A DNA stretch of 64,000 nt. It comes from Nitrososphaerota archaeon (GTDB taxonomy: Archaea; Thermoproteota; EX4484-205; JAAOZP01). The translations under genes were made by a program, and so were the position numbers. The notes under the pieces are model-generated. The model did no database searches. It saw only the letters and a program-made list of their open reading frames with translations, and was not told the DNA's origin. Location: the NCBI GenBank assembly GCA_011605725.1, contig JAAOZP010000004.1, forward strand, positions 185,739 through 249,738, given 5' to 3'. This document shows, piece by piece, positions 30,223-40,221 of the stretch (positions within the stretch are counted from its first letter, which is position 1; every line of letters starts with the position of its first letter).

Positions 30223-30720
30223 TCAGCAAAGCAAGGATTCCTTAAGCATTTGAGATAGGTTTGAATTGGGTTCAATATTCTGGCTTTGATAAAGTATTGT
30301 TTCTAATATTTTACGGGTTTCCTCTAAGACTCCAAGAGTTATTTGCTCATCGTGAATCTTATTTATTCCCAGTGAGGTGATTCTGCTATAGGTTTTTCCT
30401 CTCAAGAAAGGAGTATGGGAATGTGCATCTCTGATAGTAAATATCTTTTTGCATTTTTGTTTAGTCTCTGAATCAATTAAACCATGTTCTTCAGCTATTT
30501 TCAGAAGCTCCTTTCTTTCAGTGAGAAAAGGTGGGAAACCAGTTTTTGTTTTATCAAATTGTTCAACATGTTCCTTCTTAAGCGGATGAGATACTGCAAT
30601 AATGTATAAAGCAGTCTCTAACGCACAAGCACAGTAAATAACGCAGGCTCCGTATAGCCTTGCAGCAAAGGATACTTTAGCACATTGAAGAAAGAATCGA
30701 GTTAGATTCTCTACCACCAT
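30223..30720 (-). CDS. Hypothetical protein, probable HEPN superfamily
   Basis: ALETAL helix plus R-x4-H (IRDAHSH). Confidence 0.5.
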   Translation of the reverse strand: MVVENLTRFFLQCAKVSFAARLYGACVIYCACALETALYIIAVSHPLKKEHVEQFDKTKTGFPPFLTERKELLKIAEEHGLIDSETKQKCKKIFTIRDAHSHTPFLRGKTYSRITSLGINKIHDEQITLGVLEETRKILETILYQSQNIEPNSNLSQMLKESLLC

Positions 30721-31236
30721 TTTTAAGCCATTAAACCACTTTTCTTTCTAGTTATAAAGATATAACGGAAACTCTTCCCGTACGATAGCAAACACCCCGA
30801 GACACGTTCAACCATTTTTATATAAGATGACTATATTAACACTATTGATTAAACACTCTCTTCTTCCTCTTCGATCACTCAGGCCATAAGCTGTTTTAAT
30901 GGCCATTTCTTCGGCTAGCGAAGCACATAGCTTAGCATGCTACCTGAAGGGCTATAGCCACTTGCTAAGTGGAGAAATTCCTTCATCCTCCTTCCTTCCT
31001 TTATTAGGAACCTTTATTCTTATCGCTTCTTCCCCACCTATTGCTTCTGGGGCTGCCTCCTCCGTTCTTGAAAGCCTCCTCTCCATCATTGCCTTTGCTA
31101 AAACCTTTGCCTCATTAGCTAATTTCTTTGGGAGACCCAGAATTCTTGCAACCTAGCGCGCGCGAGCCTTCCGAACCTCCTATGCACTTTCCAGCTCGGC
31201 GTTTGCGATCACCTACTTCTTACTATGCAGCACCCA

Positions 31237-32249
31237 TTATATATCTTCTTCCTCTTCTTCGACTCTGCCTTCAGTCATTAGTTCCCTTAGTTGCTCAATC
31301 TCGTTGACCAGTGATTTGTAAAGCTTGTCGAGAAGATCATTTTCATCGCCTTCGTAACCTAAGAACCTTAACCAAGCTTTATCAATCGCCTGTCTAACAG
31401 GGTGTTTGCCCCTAAGTTGTTCAAGGATGCTGGGGACCTTTGTTTTCTTAAAGGTTTCAAACACCTTTAAAAGTTGCTGAGCCTCGCTATCCGTCATCTT
31501 TGAGAAATCTGGTGTGAATATTTGATCCAGCATGTAGTCATGAATCTTCATCTATGCCCCTCTGGTTTCAGTCCTTTGAATAAGGATTTGAAGCAGGCTT
31601 AACGAGCTGTTTAGCCATAATGTTAAGAGTTTAGCATTCCTACCAGTAATCTTACGTACGCACCACATATCTACACCTACAACAGGCTTATCTGAATAGA
31701 AAGCGAGTAAAGACGTTCCTGGAGCGGACAGATCGAATCGCCTAGCTAGTAAAACGTGACACATTCTACCGTTAAATCTCTCCCTCCAGCTTTCTACCAC
31801 CGGCCTCTTGAACCTATTAAGTTCTTTGCTAGATAAAGTGGCTTTAGCCATTTCTCTAACATCGTCAAACCAGGAGAGGATAAGGTAATCAGATATGTTA
31901 CCTAACATCTAATACATTAACATAGGAGATCCTTCTAAGCCCACGACTCAGAACGTTTAGAGGAATCTTGATTTTCCAATCGAGAGTCCCATGTCTAGCT
32001 ACTAGATTCTCTTTCTCAACTTTTTCAACGATCCAAACATCAATTTTCTTTTGAGCCCTCAACTCATCGTACATTATAAACCCATGAAAGTCATCAAACT
32101 TATAGTGCCTAAGATCCGATTCCTGTGCCTCTATGACCGATGATAACCGTACTAATTTATTAGACTTTAGTAATTCATCCATTAAATCATTAGGCTTGGA
32201 TCACTTACAGCTATATGTTTGAACCAGTTTTCTACGTCCCTAAAGAGCT
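31237..32249 (-). pseudogene. C-terminal remnant of a large type IIG/BREX-like DNA methyltransferase-specificity protein
   Basis: Three consecutive broken ORFs (RRFDLSAPGTSLLAFYS, LWLNSS...RTETRGA, RQAIDKAWL); bounded by palindromes 31154 and 32250. Confidence 0.55.
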
Positions 32250-32357
32250 TAGCGTGCACTAGGAAGAGCCTAAGGAGCCCCAGTAGCAGGTTTTATCATG
32301 TTATAGAAACAGGTTTGTTGAAAGCTTAAATCCAGGTACAGGAGTGTCTACTCGGTC

Positions 32358-34508
32358 ATGAGCGAGGTTCAACTGGTTGTTGCCGAGGCTAGGCCTAGGG
32401 ACGTGGGTAGGAGAATAGTGAGAATAGGCAGGAGGGAGATGGCTCAGCTTAAGGCTGAGACGGGAGATGTTGTTGAAATCCTAGGTAGGAAGTCTGCTTC
32501 AGCAGTAGTCTGGCCGGGCTACGCTGAGGATGAGGACCGTAAGATAGTTAGGATGGACGGCCTGATTAGAAAAAGTGCGGGTGTTGCAATAGGGGACTAC
32601 GTGAAAATCAGGAAGGTGGATAAGGTTGAGAACGCTAGCGAAGTCGTGTTAGCCCCAATGGGTGCACGAATATCAAGTGTGGACGAGGATTTCCTGGACT
32701 ACGTTAAGGATAAGCTGATAGACACTCCACTCACAGAGGGAGATATTGTTGCGATACCTGTTTTCGGAGGACAGGCTCTCGGTCTTACAACAGTCAGGGT
32801 TAAGCCGAGAGGATTCGTAAAAGTCACGGCCGATACAAGGATTCAGATAGTAAGCGAGGAGGCTGCTGAAAAACTTGCAATCCCAAGGGTTACTTACGAG
32901 GATATTGGCGGGCTGCACGAGGAGATTCAGCGAATAAGGGAGATGGTTGAGCTTCCGCTTAGACATCCTGAGCTTTTCCAGAGGCTGGGAATTGAGCCGC
33001 CTAAAGGTGTGCTTCTTCACGGTCCTCCCGGCACGGGTAAAACGCTCTTGGCTAAGGCGGTTGCAAACGAGTCTGACGCTAACTTCCTTTCCATAAACGG
33101 CCCAGAGATAATGAGCAAGTTCTACGGAGAGTCTGAGGAGAGGCTTAGGAGGGTTTTCCAGGAGGCTCAGGAGAAGGCTCCCAGCATAATCTTCATAGAC
33201 GAGATAGACGCTATAGCGCCGAAGAGGGAGGAGGTTGGCGGCGAGGTTGAGAGAAGAGTCGTTGCTCAACTTCTTGCCCTCATGGATGGTTTAAAGGCTA
33301 GGGGTGACGTTATAGTCATAGGTGCGACGAATGTTCCCAACATGATTGACCCTGCTCTACGCAGGCCCGGGAGATTCGACAGGGAGATAGAGATAGGCGT
33401 GCCAGATAAGCAGGGGAGGCTTGAAATACTTCAGATACATACTAGGTCGATGCCGCTTGACAAGGATGTTGACTTGAAGAAGCTGGCTGAAATAACGCAC
33501 GGCTATACTGGTGCAGACCTGGCTGCACTATGCAGGGAGGCTGCGATGAAGGCTTTGAGAAGATACTTGCCTGAGATAAAGCTGGATGAGAAGATTCCGC
33601 CATCAGTCCTGGAGAAAATGGTTGTTAAGGCTGAGGACTTCATGAACGCGTTTAAAGAGATAACTCCGACCGCGATGAGAGAAGTGTACGTTGAGGTTCC
33701 CACAGTCAGGTGGAGCGATGTCGGGGGTCTTGAAGAGATTAAGAGGAGGCTGAGGGAGACTGTCGAGCTCCCGATAAAAGCTCCGGAGAAGTTTGAAAAA
33801 CTAGGCATAACTCCTCCTAAAGCGATACTTCTCTACGGTCCACCGGGATGCGGGAAGACGCTTCTAGCTAGAGCAGTGGCGACTGAGAGCGAGGCCAACT
33901 TCATAAGCATTAAGGGCCCAGAGGTCTTCTCGAAATGGGTTGGAGAGTCTGAGAAAGCAATAAGGGAAGTTTTCAGAAAGGCTAGGCTCGCCTCCCCATC
34001 CATAATCTTCCTGGACGAGGTTGACGCGATCGCTCCGAGAAGGGGCATGAGCATGGCTGACAGCGGCGTCACGGAGAGGGTTGTAAGCCAGCTGCTCACC
34101 GAGATGGATGGGCTAACTCCTATTGAGAGGATCGTCATAATAGGGGCTACTAACAGGCCTGAGCTTCTCGACCCAGCGATAATGAGGCCGGGAAGGTTTG
34201 AGGTAGTGCTTTACGTTCCCCCGCCGGATGAGGCTTCAAGGCTCCAGATACTCAAGATTCACACGAGGAGAATGCCATTGGAGGGTGTTAGCCTGGAGGA
34301 GATTGCTAAGAGGACTGAGGGCTACTCCGGGGCTGACCTGGAGGCGCTTTGCAGGGAGGCTGGCCTCAACGCTTTAAGAAGAGATGCTGACAAGGTGACT
34401 TGGGAGGATTTTGAAAAGGCTCTTCAAACCGTTAAACCCAGTTTGAAAGAGGAAATGCTGGCTAAATATAAAAAGTTCGGCGAGAAGGAGGAGTTTTTTC
34501 TCGTCTAA
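32358..34508 (+). CDS. cdc48: CDC48/VAT AAA+ ATPase
   Basis: Two AAA modules ([16 protein letters not shown]), [10 protein letters not shown]. Confidence 0.97.
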   Translation: MSEVQLVVAEARPRDVGRRIVRIGRREMAQLKAETGDVVEILGRKSASAVVWPGYAEDEDRKIVRMDGLIRKSAGVAIGDYVKIRKVDKVENASEVVLAPMGARISSVDEDFLDYVKDKLIDTPLTEGDIVAIPVFGGQALGLTTVRVKPRGFVKVTADTRIQIVSEEAAEKLAIPRVTYEDIGGLHEEIQRIREMVELPLRHPELFQRLGIEPPKGVLLHGPPGTGKTLLAKAVANESDANFLSINGPEIMSKFYGESEERLRRVFQEAQEKAPSIIFIDEIDAIAPKREEVGGEVERRVVAQLLALMDGLKARGDVIVIGATNVPNMIDPALRRPGRFDREIEIGVPDKQGRLEILQIHTRSMPLDKDVDLKKLAEITHGYTGADLAALCREAAMKALRRYLPEIKLDEKIPPSVLEKMVVKAEDFMNAFKEITPTAMREVYVEVPTVRWSDVGGLEEIKRRLRETVELPIKAPEKFEKLGITPPKAILLYGPPGCGKTLLARAVATESEANFISIKGPEVFSKWVGESEKAIREVFRKARLASPSIIFLDEVDAIAPRRGMSMADSGVTERVVSQLLTEMDGLTPIERIVIIGATNRPELLDPAIMRPGRFEVVLYVPPPDEASRLQILKIHTRRMPLEGVSLEEIAKRTEGYSGADLEALCREAGLNALRRDADKVTWEDFEKALQTVKPSLKEEMLAKYKKFGEKEEFFLV

Positions 34509-34867
34509 GCTGAAAGAATAGCTTCATCTCCCCTTAGTTTTTCCGTCGCAAGTGTTTTTCACGTCTGAGAAGGATGTTTTTCATTATTCCGGCTTCTTTT
34601 TGATGTTTTTAACTATCTCATCTAAATCGAGAGCATGTGAGCTCAAAATCCAGATTATATGGGTGTGTCTGCTTCCTACGTGTTTTCTTCCACTGATAAG
34701 ACGGTGGAATGCACAGATGTATGTACTACCGGCTTTTAAACTTCTTTTTCAACTTCGATTTTATAACTTTAGGAGGCTTTGGACATTTTCCTCGAAGAAA
34801 TGCGTAGCTCTTTAATAGAAAATTTTAAATATTGCTTTAATCAAGACTTCTATCGGAGGTGGAAAAC

Positions 34868-34972
34868 ATGTCAGCACCTCAAGAGTTCAAGTGTCCCAAC
34901 TGCGGAGCTACTTTCAAGACTAAAGATGAACTGGATAAGCACCTAAAGGGTTGCAAGCCCAAGAAGAAGTAA
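34868..34972 (+). CDS. 34-aa zinc-finger microprotein
   Basis: MSAPQEFKCPNCGATFKTKDELDKHLKGCKPKKK; GGAGGTGG RBS upstream, T-rich tract downstream. Confidence 0.75.
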   Translation: MSAPQEFKCPNCGATFKTKDELDKHLKGCKPKKK

Positions 34973-34995
34973 TTCTATCCTAAGGTTAATTATTA

Positions 34996-35024
34996 TTTTT
35001 TCTTTTCTTTTCTTTTCTTTTCTT
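34996..35024 (+). terminator. (TTTTC)n oligo-T tract, probable archaeal terminator
   Basis: ttttttcttttcttttcttttcttttctt just after the microprotein gene. Confidence 0.55.
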
Positions 35025-35315
35025 GTATGAAGGTTTTAAGAGGAGTTATGTCTTTCTTCTGCGCGCTACCAGTTTAGATTGAAAGTTCAGCTAACGTTAC
35101 AATGATGATGCATGCTATACCGGATGCCAGTACTGTTCAGCGCGTGCTATAATGTGCATCGGAGCCTTGTAAGCCGGATTTAAGCAGCCATCGCATTTCT
35201 AGGCTTAATCTAAGTGTTTTCAGCCGGTGGTTAACATGCGGGCGCGCTAGGTTCTTGAAGAGTACTTAACACTGTTCGAGAAAAGCTTAAATTTAGTACC
35301 ATCCTAAATTAGGTT

Positions 35316-35753
35316 GTGCCTAAATCTGGAGCTTCGAAGAGTCTGACTGGTAAGGAGGTTGAGTATCTTAAGACGGTTTTCAAGCTGCTTCCAGGAAGAG
35401 ATATTGTTGGAAGCCTTGAGGTGGCTGATGCGATGGGTGTTTCATGCGCGACTGCAAGCGAGTATCTTGAAAGGCTTGAGGAAAAAGGCATGCTTAAAAG
35501 GTATCGTTGGAGGGGAGTAGTACTTTCGAAAAAGGGGCTGGAGGAGGTAAACAGGATTATCCGGAATCATAGGATTTTCGAGACCTACGTCTACAGGTTT
35601 CTCTCGGTCAGCCTGGAGGACGCCTGTGAATGCGCGAGTATGGTTGAGCAGCATCTTTCGGAGAAGGTTGTGAACTCTATGTGTAGTGCTCTTGGTCATC
35701 CTAGGACCTGCCCCCATAAGAACCATATTCCTGGAGGAAGATCCTGTTGCTGA
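35316..35753 (+). CDS. DtxR/MntR-family metal-dependent regulator
   Basis: EYLKTVF...HTH...RNHRIFE...HPRTCPH. Confidence 0.9.
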   Translation: MPKSGASKSLTGKEVEYLKTVFKLLPGRDIVGSLEVADAMGVSCATASEYLERLEEKGMLKRYRWRGVVLSKKGLEEVNRIIRNHRIFETYVYRFLSVSLEDACECASMVEQHLSEKVVNSMCSALGHPRTCPHKNHIPGGRSCC

Positions 35754-36766
35754 GGAAAACGATTATAATCATGCTGCTCCTCGCATTTCCCTCGCCATGG
35801 TTAAAAACCTGCGGAGCCAGGCAGAACCAGATGGTTAGGATAGTCGTATCGATAGATGTTTTAAGGCCCATCGTCTCGTCTATAACAGGTAATGTAGGAG
35901 AGGTCTATTCGATTGTCCCGGAGAACGCTGAGCCTCATAGCTTCACTCTCACTCCCAGTGCTGTTAGAAACGCTTCTGACTCAGACCTGATCGTTATAAC
36001 GGGCCACATGGAGTGGGAGGCCGATCTAGTTAACAGGGTTGCGGAGGAGAAGGGGGTTAATCCTGATTCAATATCCATAAACCTGCTCGACTTGATAGAG
36101 AGTAACGGTATACTGCTCGAGTTGGAGGGTGAGAGAAATATTCACGGCTTCTGGCTGCTACCCGATAATGCTCTACTCATAGCCAGTGCTTTAAAGGACA
36201 GGCTTTCAGCAATTAGGCCAGAATACTCTGAAGAGTTCTTATCCAACTACATTGTTTTCCACTCAAAGGTTTCCAGTCTCAAGGCTTTTCTAAACAGGCT
36301 TTCAGAGAAGTATGCTTCCTCAGGGAGAAAAGTGGTCATAGGTTTCTACGCTGAGCAGTATGTTGTTGAAGCAATGGGTCTAAGAGTCGGCGCGGTCCTA
36401 GTCGGTGAGGAGGAGGTTATAAAGCCCGAGTCTCTAAGCAGGGTCTACGATGGATTTAAATCCGGGGAATACGCGTGTATCGTTATCTCTGACACTGCTC
36501 TTTTGATGAGCGGTGTCCAAAATGCTCTTCAACAGATCTCTAGGGAAACCGGTTGCTCCATAGCTTATGTTTCTGCTGTTTCAACCAACGGTATTGAGAA
36601 CTATGATTCAATAATGTATTATAATGCTGGGCAGGTTTACAGTGCGCTCTCATCCGGGCGCGCGCCCGTTTCAAGCGGGTTCAACATTTATCTTCTGACG
36701 ACGCTTGCAGCGCTGCTGGTGGTCACGCTTGAAACAATAATCCTGGTCAGGAGGGGTAAGGCATGA
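35747..36766 (+). CDS. Zn/Mn ABC transporter substrate-binding protein
   Basis: EPHSF, NIHGFWLLP; signal peptide and C-terminal TM. Confidence 0.88.
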   Translation: MLRKTIIIMLLLAFPSPWLKTCGARQNQMVRIVVSIDVLRPIVSSITGNVGEVYSIVPENAEPHSFTLTPSAVRNASDSDLIVITGHMEWEADLVNRVAEEKGVNPDSISINLLDLIESNGILLELEGERNIHGFWLLPDNALLIASALKDRLSAIRPEYSEEFLSNYIVFHSKVSSLKAFLNRLSEKYASSGRKVVIGFYAEQYVVEAMGLRVGAVLVGEEEVIKPESLSRVYDGFKSGEYACIVISDTALLMSGVQNALQQISRETGCSIAYVSAVSTNGIENYDSIMYYNAGQVYSALSSGRAPVSSGFNIYLLTTLAALLVVTLETIILVRRGKA

Positions 36767-37542
36767 ATGTCCCAGTGGTATCTGTTGAAAACGTTTCAGT
36801 GAGGCTTGGTAGCAGCATAGTGTTGGAGGATGTTAGCTTCAGTATTGAGTCGCCACTGTTCGTAACTGTAGTCGGGCCGAACGGGGCTGGTAAAACCACG
36901 CTTTTAAAGCTTCTCCTAGGCATGGTTAAGCCTTTCAAGGGCAGTGTTAAAGTACTCGGTTTAAACCCGTTCACAGAGCACAGTAGGCTCAGGAGTCTAG
37001 TGGGCTATGTCCCGCAGAAAGATAAGGTTTCCTACGAGACCCCGTTGAAAGTGGGCGAGGTTGTATTGATGGGGATAGTTTTAAGGAAGGGTTTTCCCAG
37101 AGTTGTCTCCAAGGATGACGTTGAGTCCGCGAGAAGGGCTTTAGCATACGTAGGTATGGAGGATCATTGGGAGTCTTTTTTCAACGAGCTCAGCGGGGGT
37201 CAGCAGAGGAGGGTTCTGATAGCGAGAGCACTCGCATCCGACCCGTTGCTACTGCTGCTGGACGAGGTTTTCGCCGGGTTGGATTCCGAGAGCCAAGAGT
37301 ACTTGATCAACGTTTTCAAAACATTAAGAATGAGGGGGAGAACTATAGTTATTGTTGAGCATGAGGTCGACCCTATAATGGAGCTTACTGACAGGATTCT
37401 TGTTTTAAACAGGTTTGTCTGCGTATACGGGGATCCGGATGAGGTTTTAAGCGAGGACAAGTTGAAGCCAATCTATCCTTGTTTAAGAACTGTTGAAAGT
37501 GAGGGCCGGAGGGTCTTCATCCTGGGTGATACGCATGCTTGA
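36763..37542 (+). CDS. Zn/Mn ABC transporter ATPase
   Basis: GPNGAGKT, GYVPQ, LSGGQ. Confidence 0.93.
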   Translation: MNVPVVSVENVSVRLGSSIVLEDVSFSIESPLFVTVVGPNGAGKTTLLKLLLGMVKPFKGSVKVLGLNPFTEHSRLRSLVGYVPQKDKVSYETPLKVGEVVLMGIVLRKGFPRVVSKDDVESARRALAYVGMEDHWESFFNELSGGQQRRVLIARALASDPLLLLLDEVFAGLDSESQEYLINVFKTLRMRGRTIVIVEHEVDPIMELTDRILVLNRFVCVYGDPDEVLSEDKLKPIYPCLRTVESEGRRVFILGDTHA

Positions 37543-38347
37543 CCCGTTTGTTTTAAGAGCCGTCCTCGGGGTTTTTTTCGCAGCTTTCTCAGCACCAATT
37601 TCAGTAATAATGCTTTTAAGAGGAGTTCTCTACGTTACTCCTGAGGTTTCACACGCCGCGCTAGGCGGCGCGGCAGTAGGCGTTTTAATCCAGGCGTTTC
37701 TCCCAGGAGCGGCGGACCCGTTTGTCTTCGCAATAATATTCTGCGTAGCAACATCCATATTCGTTTCCCGCATGGGTAAGAGCAGTCAGCAAGCCTTGGG
37801 CATGATGCTCAGTGTCTCCCTGGCTGTAAGCGTGACGCTATACGCCATTACAAGAAGCTACATGCCGATGGAGAAAAGGGTTTTAGTGGACAGTTATCTG
37901 GTGAGCGACCCCCTACTCTTGTCGGATATGGATGTGCTCAGCCTAGCGGTTGCATCAACCGTTGCGCTCACCGTCACCGCAATATTCTACAGGGAGTTTA
38001 TCTACATTTGCTTCGACATGGAGACTGCTGAATCATTCGGGCTTAAAACTGGGCTGTACGACTCCCTGCTCTTCACGGTTTCCGCGGTAACCGCCGCTGT
38101 CGTTGCGAGAACCATGGGTATTCTGCTCTCCGTCACGCTTCTCATAATCCCGGCAGCCGTCTCAAGACTATTGGCGCGCCGCGTAAGCATGATGCTGGCA
38201 GTGTCCTTCACGGTGGCGACTCTATCTGGGCTTGGAGGCGTCGCAGTATCTTTGCTCTACGACGTTCCGACAAGCGGCGCGATAGCCCTAGTCTCAATAA
38301 TCCTGTTTTCAGCAAGCTACCTGTTTAAACTGTTTTCGAAACAGTAG
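37535..38347 (+). CDS. Zn/Mn ABC transporter permease
   Basis: SHAALGG, FD.E.A, LIIPA; start at MLDPF. Confidence 0.9.
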   Translation: MLDPFVLRAVLGVFFAAFSAPISVIMLLRGVLYVTPEVSHAALGGAAVGVLIQAFLPGAADPFVFAIIFCVATSIFVSRMGKSSQQALGMMLSVSLAVSVTLYAITRSYMPMEKRVLVDSYLVSDPLLLSDMDVLSLAVASTVALTVTAIFYREFIYICFDMETAESFGLKTGLYDSLLFTVSAVTAAVVARTMGILLSVTLLIIPAAVSRLLARRVSMMLAVSFTVATLSGLGGVAVSLLYDVPTSGAIALVSIILFSASYLFKLFSKQ

Positions 38348-38422
38348 GGCAAGTAGGCATCATCTTAATATAGGCCTTAATATAAGGTAAGTGTTTTATT
38401 CTTCAAGCATGTTTCTCTCCGT

Positions 38423-39151
38423 ATGGTTAGTCAAAACGTTTCAAAGGCTAGGGTTGTTTCTTCAACAGCCCTGTCTACTGCGCTGGTATTCGTGGCGACA
38501 GCATCCATCTCGATCTACATTCCGGCAACCAGGGGGTATTTTAACCTAGGCGACTCGATGGTCTTCCTAACCGCCTTATTGTTCGGCCCCATCGTAGGGT
38601 TTGTCGCAGGCGGATTAGGGTCTATGCTGAGCGACCTATTCCTAGGGTATACAGTGTATGCCCCTGCCACCCTGATCGTTAAAGGTGTTGAAGGCCTGCT
38701 AACAGGCTTTCTTCACGATGTTTTCACGAGAAGCGGGTCGCGTGCTACCCGCCTCCTAATGGTTTTCCTACCTGTTCCAACAGTGATTCTCGGAATAATA
38801 CTGGTCTTAGTTCTTTTCTCAGGCGAGGCTGAAGTGTCACTGCTTACAATATATTCTGCAACAGTAGCCTATCAGCCTATTCTCTTCACAATCCTGATTG
38901 TTCTAGCTGCATCGCTAATCTTCATCTGTAGAGTCTACAGGGAGAATCTGCCTTTAATAGTGCCTTGTTTCATAGGGGGATTCGAAATGGTTTTAGGATA
39001 TTTCCTCTACGAGCTTTACCTCTACCAGTTGGGAGCAGTCTTAGAGGTTCCTGCGAACTTCGCTCAAACCTTTCTGGGGACACTGGTAGCTGTGCCACTT
39101 TATAATGCGGTTGCGAAGAGAATGGGTCAACCAAGAATCATCAGCCGATAG
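38423..39151 (+). CDS. ECF transporter S component
   Basis: GYFNLGD, GGLGSMLSDL, TLIVKGVEG, NFAQ. Confidence 0.88.
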   Translation: MVSQNVSKARVVSSTALSTALVFVATASISIYIPATRGYFNLGDSMVFLTALLFGPIVGFVAGGLGSMLSDLFLGYTVYAPATLIVKGVEGLLTGFLHDVFTRSGSRATRLLMVFLPVPTVILGIILVLVLFSGEAEVSLLTIYSATVAYQPILFTILIVLAASLIFICRVYRENLPLIVPCFIGGFEMVLGYFLYELYLYQLGAVLEVPANFAQTFLGTLVAVPLYNAVAKRMGQPRIISR

Positions 39152-40175
39152 CTTTCCATAGTTCGTCTTGAGGAAGCTCATTTATCCTGATTTCCCTCTC
39201 TCCGAGCAGCCCAATTCTCTCATTCTTGTTTTCCGTTGTCCTTCCTATGATGCTTGCCTTAAACCCTCTCCTCCAAAGCTTTTTCAAAAGCTTTGGTGTT
39301 TTAGACTTGTTAACTGTTGCCAGGAGCGTTCCGGAGCTAACGAGCCTAAAAGGGTTTAGCCCAAGTTTTTCACATATTATCCTGGTCTCCGTCCTGACCG
39401 GTATCGACTCCATGTTTACGATGCATCCTTTCCCAGATGCTTCGCATAATTCAAATATTCCTCCGAGTACACCACCCTCCGTAGGGTCATGCATGGCTGA
39501 AACATACTCTGCGGAAACCAGTGCGGGCTCAACTATGCTCAGGTTTTCAACAAGTCTTCTCGCCTTCCTTAAGACTGATGGTTGAACCCCTTTCTCTACA
39601 AGCTTTTCCCAAAGATCTGAAGCAAGTATGGAGGTTCCTTCAACACCTGCCTCTCCAACTATCACAATGTTTTCGCCAGCTTTAGCGCCGCCTGAAGTGA
39701 TGATTCTTCTACGCCTAGTCCATCCTATTGCCGTACCTATGAACACAGGGTTTTCAACAATGCTGGAGAACTCCGTGTGCCCACCCACTATAGAGACCCC
39801 AAGCCTCTCGGCTTCAAAACTGGCCTGTCTCATTATCCTCCGGACCTCCATACAGCTGGCTGAAGGAGGAAGGATTAACACGACTAGAAGGAACTCCGGT
39901 TTCGCGCCTGTAAGAGCAACATCGTTGGTTGAAACATCGACGCCAATCCTGCCTAGGTTCTCCTTTGCTCCTGTAACAGGGTCGCTTGAAACAATTATCT
40001 TGACACCGTCTAAAGATATTACGCTGTTGTCGACACCTATGCCTGGACCCACAATGACTCTCCTGCTTGTGGCGCCGAGGTTTGAAAACACCATTCTCTC
40101 AAGCATTCTCGGAGGAACCTTGCCAAGTATTCTGCTCAAGATCGCGTCATTGTAGCGTTGGAGGGTTAAAAACAT
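39141..40175 (-). CDS. AIR synthase-related (PurM/HypE-fold) protein
   Basis: GPGIGVD, SDPVTG, GGHTE, MHDPTEGG. Confidence 0.88.
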   Translation of the reverse strand: MFLTLQRYNDAILSRILGKVPPRMLERMVFSNLGATSRRVIVGPGIGVDNSVISLDGVKIIVSSDPVTGAKENLGRIGVDVSTNDVALTGAKPEFLLVVLILPPSASCMEVRRIMRQASFEAERLGVSIVGGHTEFSSIVENPVFIGTAIGWTRRRRIITSGGAKAGENIVIVGEAGVEGTSILASDLWEKLVEKGVQPSVLRKARRLVENLSIVEPALVSAEYVSAMHDPTEGGVLGGIFELCEASGKGCIVNMESIPVRTETRIICEKLGLNPFRLVSSGTLLATVNKSKTPKLLKKLWRRGFKASIIGRTTENKNERIGLLGEREIRINELPQDELWKAIG

Positions 40176-40221
40176 TAATGCTTTTGCAGAATGTTTCTTT
40201 ATTCAGGATAAGCTTAAAAGC

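Larger units (their letters stand above)
1778..32261. repeat. Dispersed 12-bp palindrome family, consensus TAGCGCGCGCTA (~30 copies in 1.8-32.3 kb)
   Basis: Copies or variants start at 1778, 1837, 3128, 5096, 5259, 6448, 7111, 7896, 8268, 9134, 9211, 10514, 10626, 10773, 13844, 15178, 15350, 16031, 16070, 16878, 16937, 17007, 17109, 18044, 18831, 18944, 19031, 19958, 20346, 21358, 21427, 31154, 32250. Perfect copies at 15178, 16937 and 18044; 18944 has one extra CG. Confidence 0.92.

Noticed and set aside
30850-31153. Minus-strand fragment VARILGLPKKLANEAK resembling a MutS C-terminal helix
   Set aside because: Too short and degraded to assign; noted only as another fragment starting at palindrome 31154.
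1778-32261. Classical integron (intI plus attC)
   Set aside because: No integrase in the window, no long attC-type hairpins with RYYYAAC/GTTRRRY ends recognised, and many units are truncated genes in both orientations.
1778-32261. Palindrome as an adapter, ligation or chimera artefact
   Set aside because: Copies show graded transition-type decay and the enclosed fragments carry their own stops and frameshifts, which fits in vivo ageing. Read-level confirmation is still needed.
36655-36668. CGGGCGCGCGCCCG inside the metal-binding protein gene
   Set aside because: In frame in an intact gene and lacks both TAG/CTA ends; not counted as a junction site.
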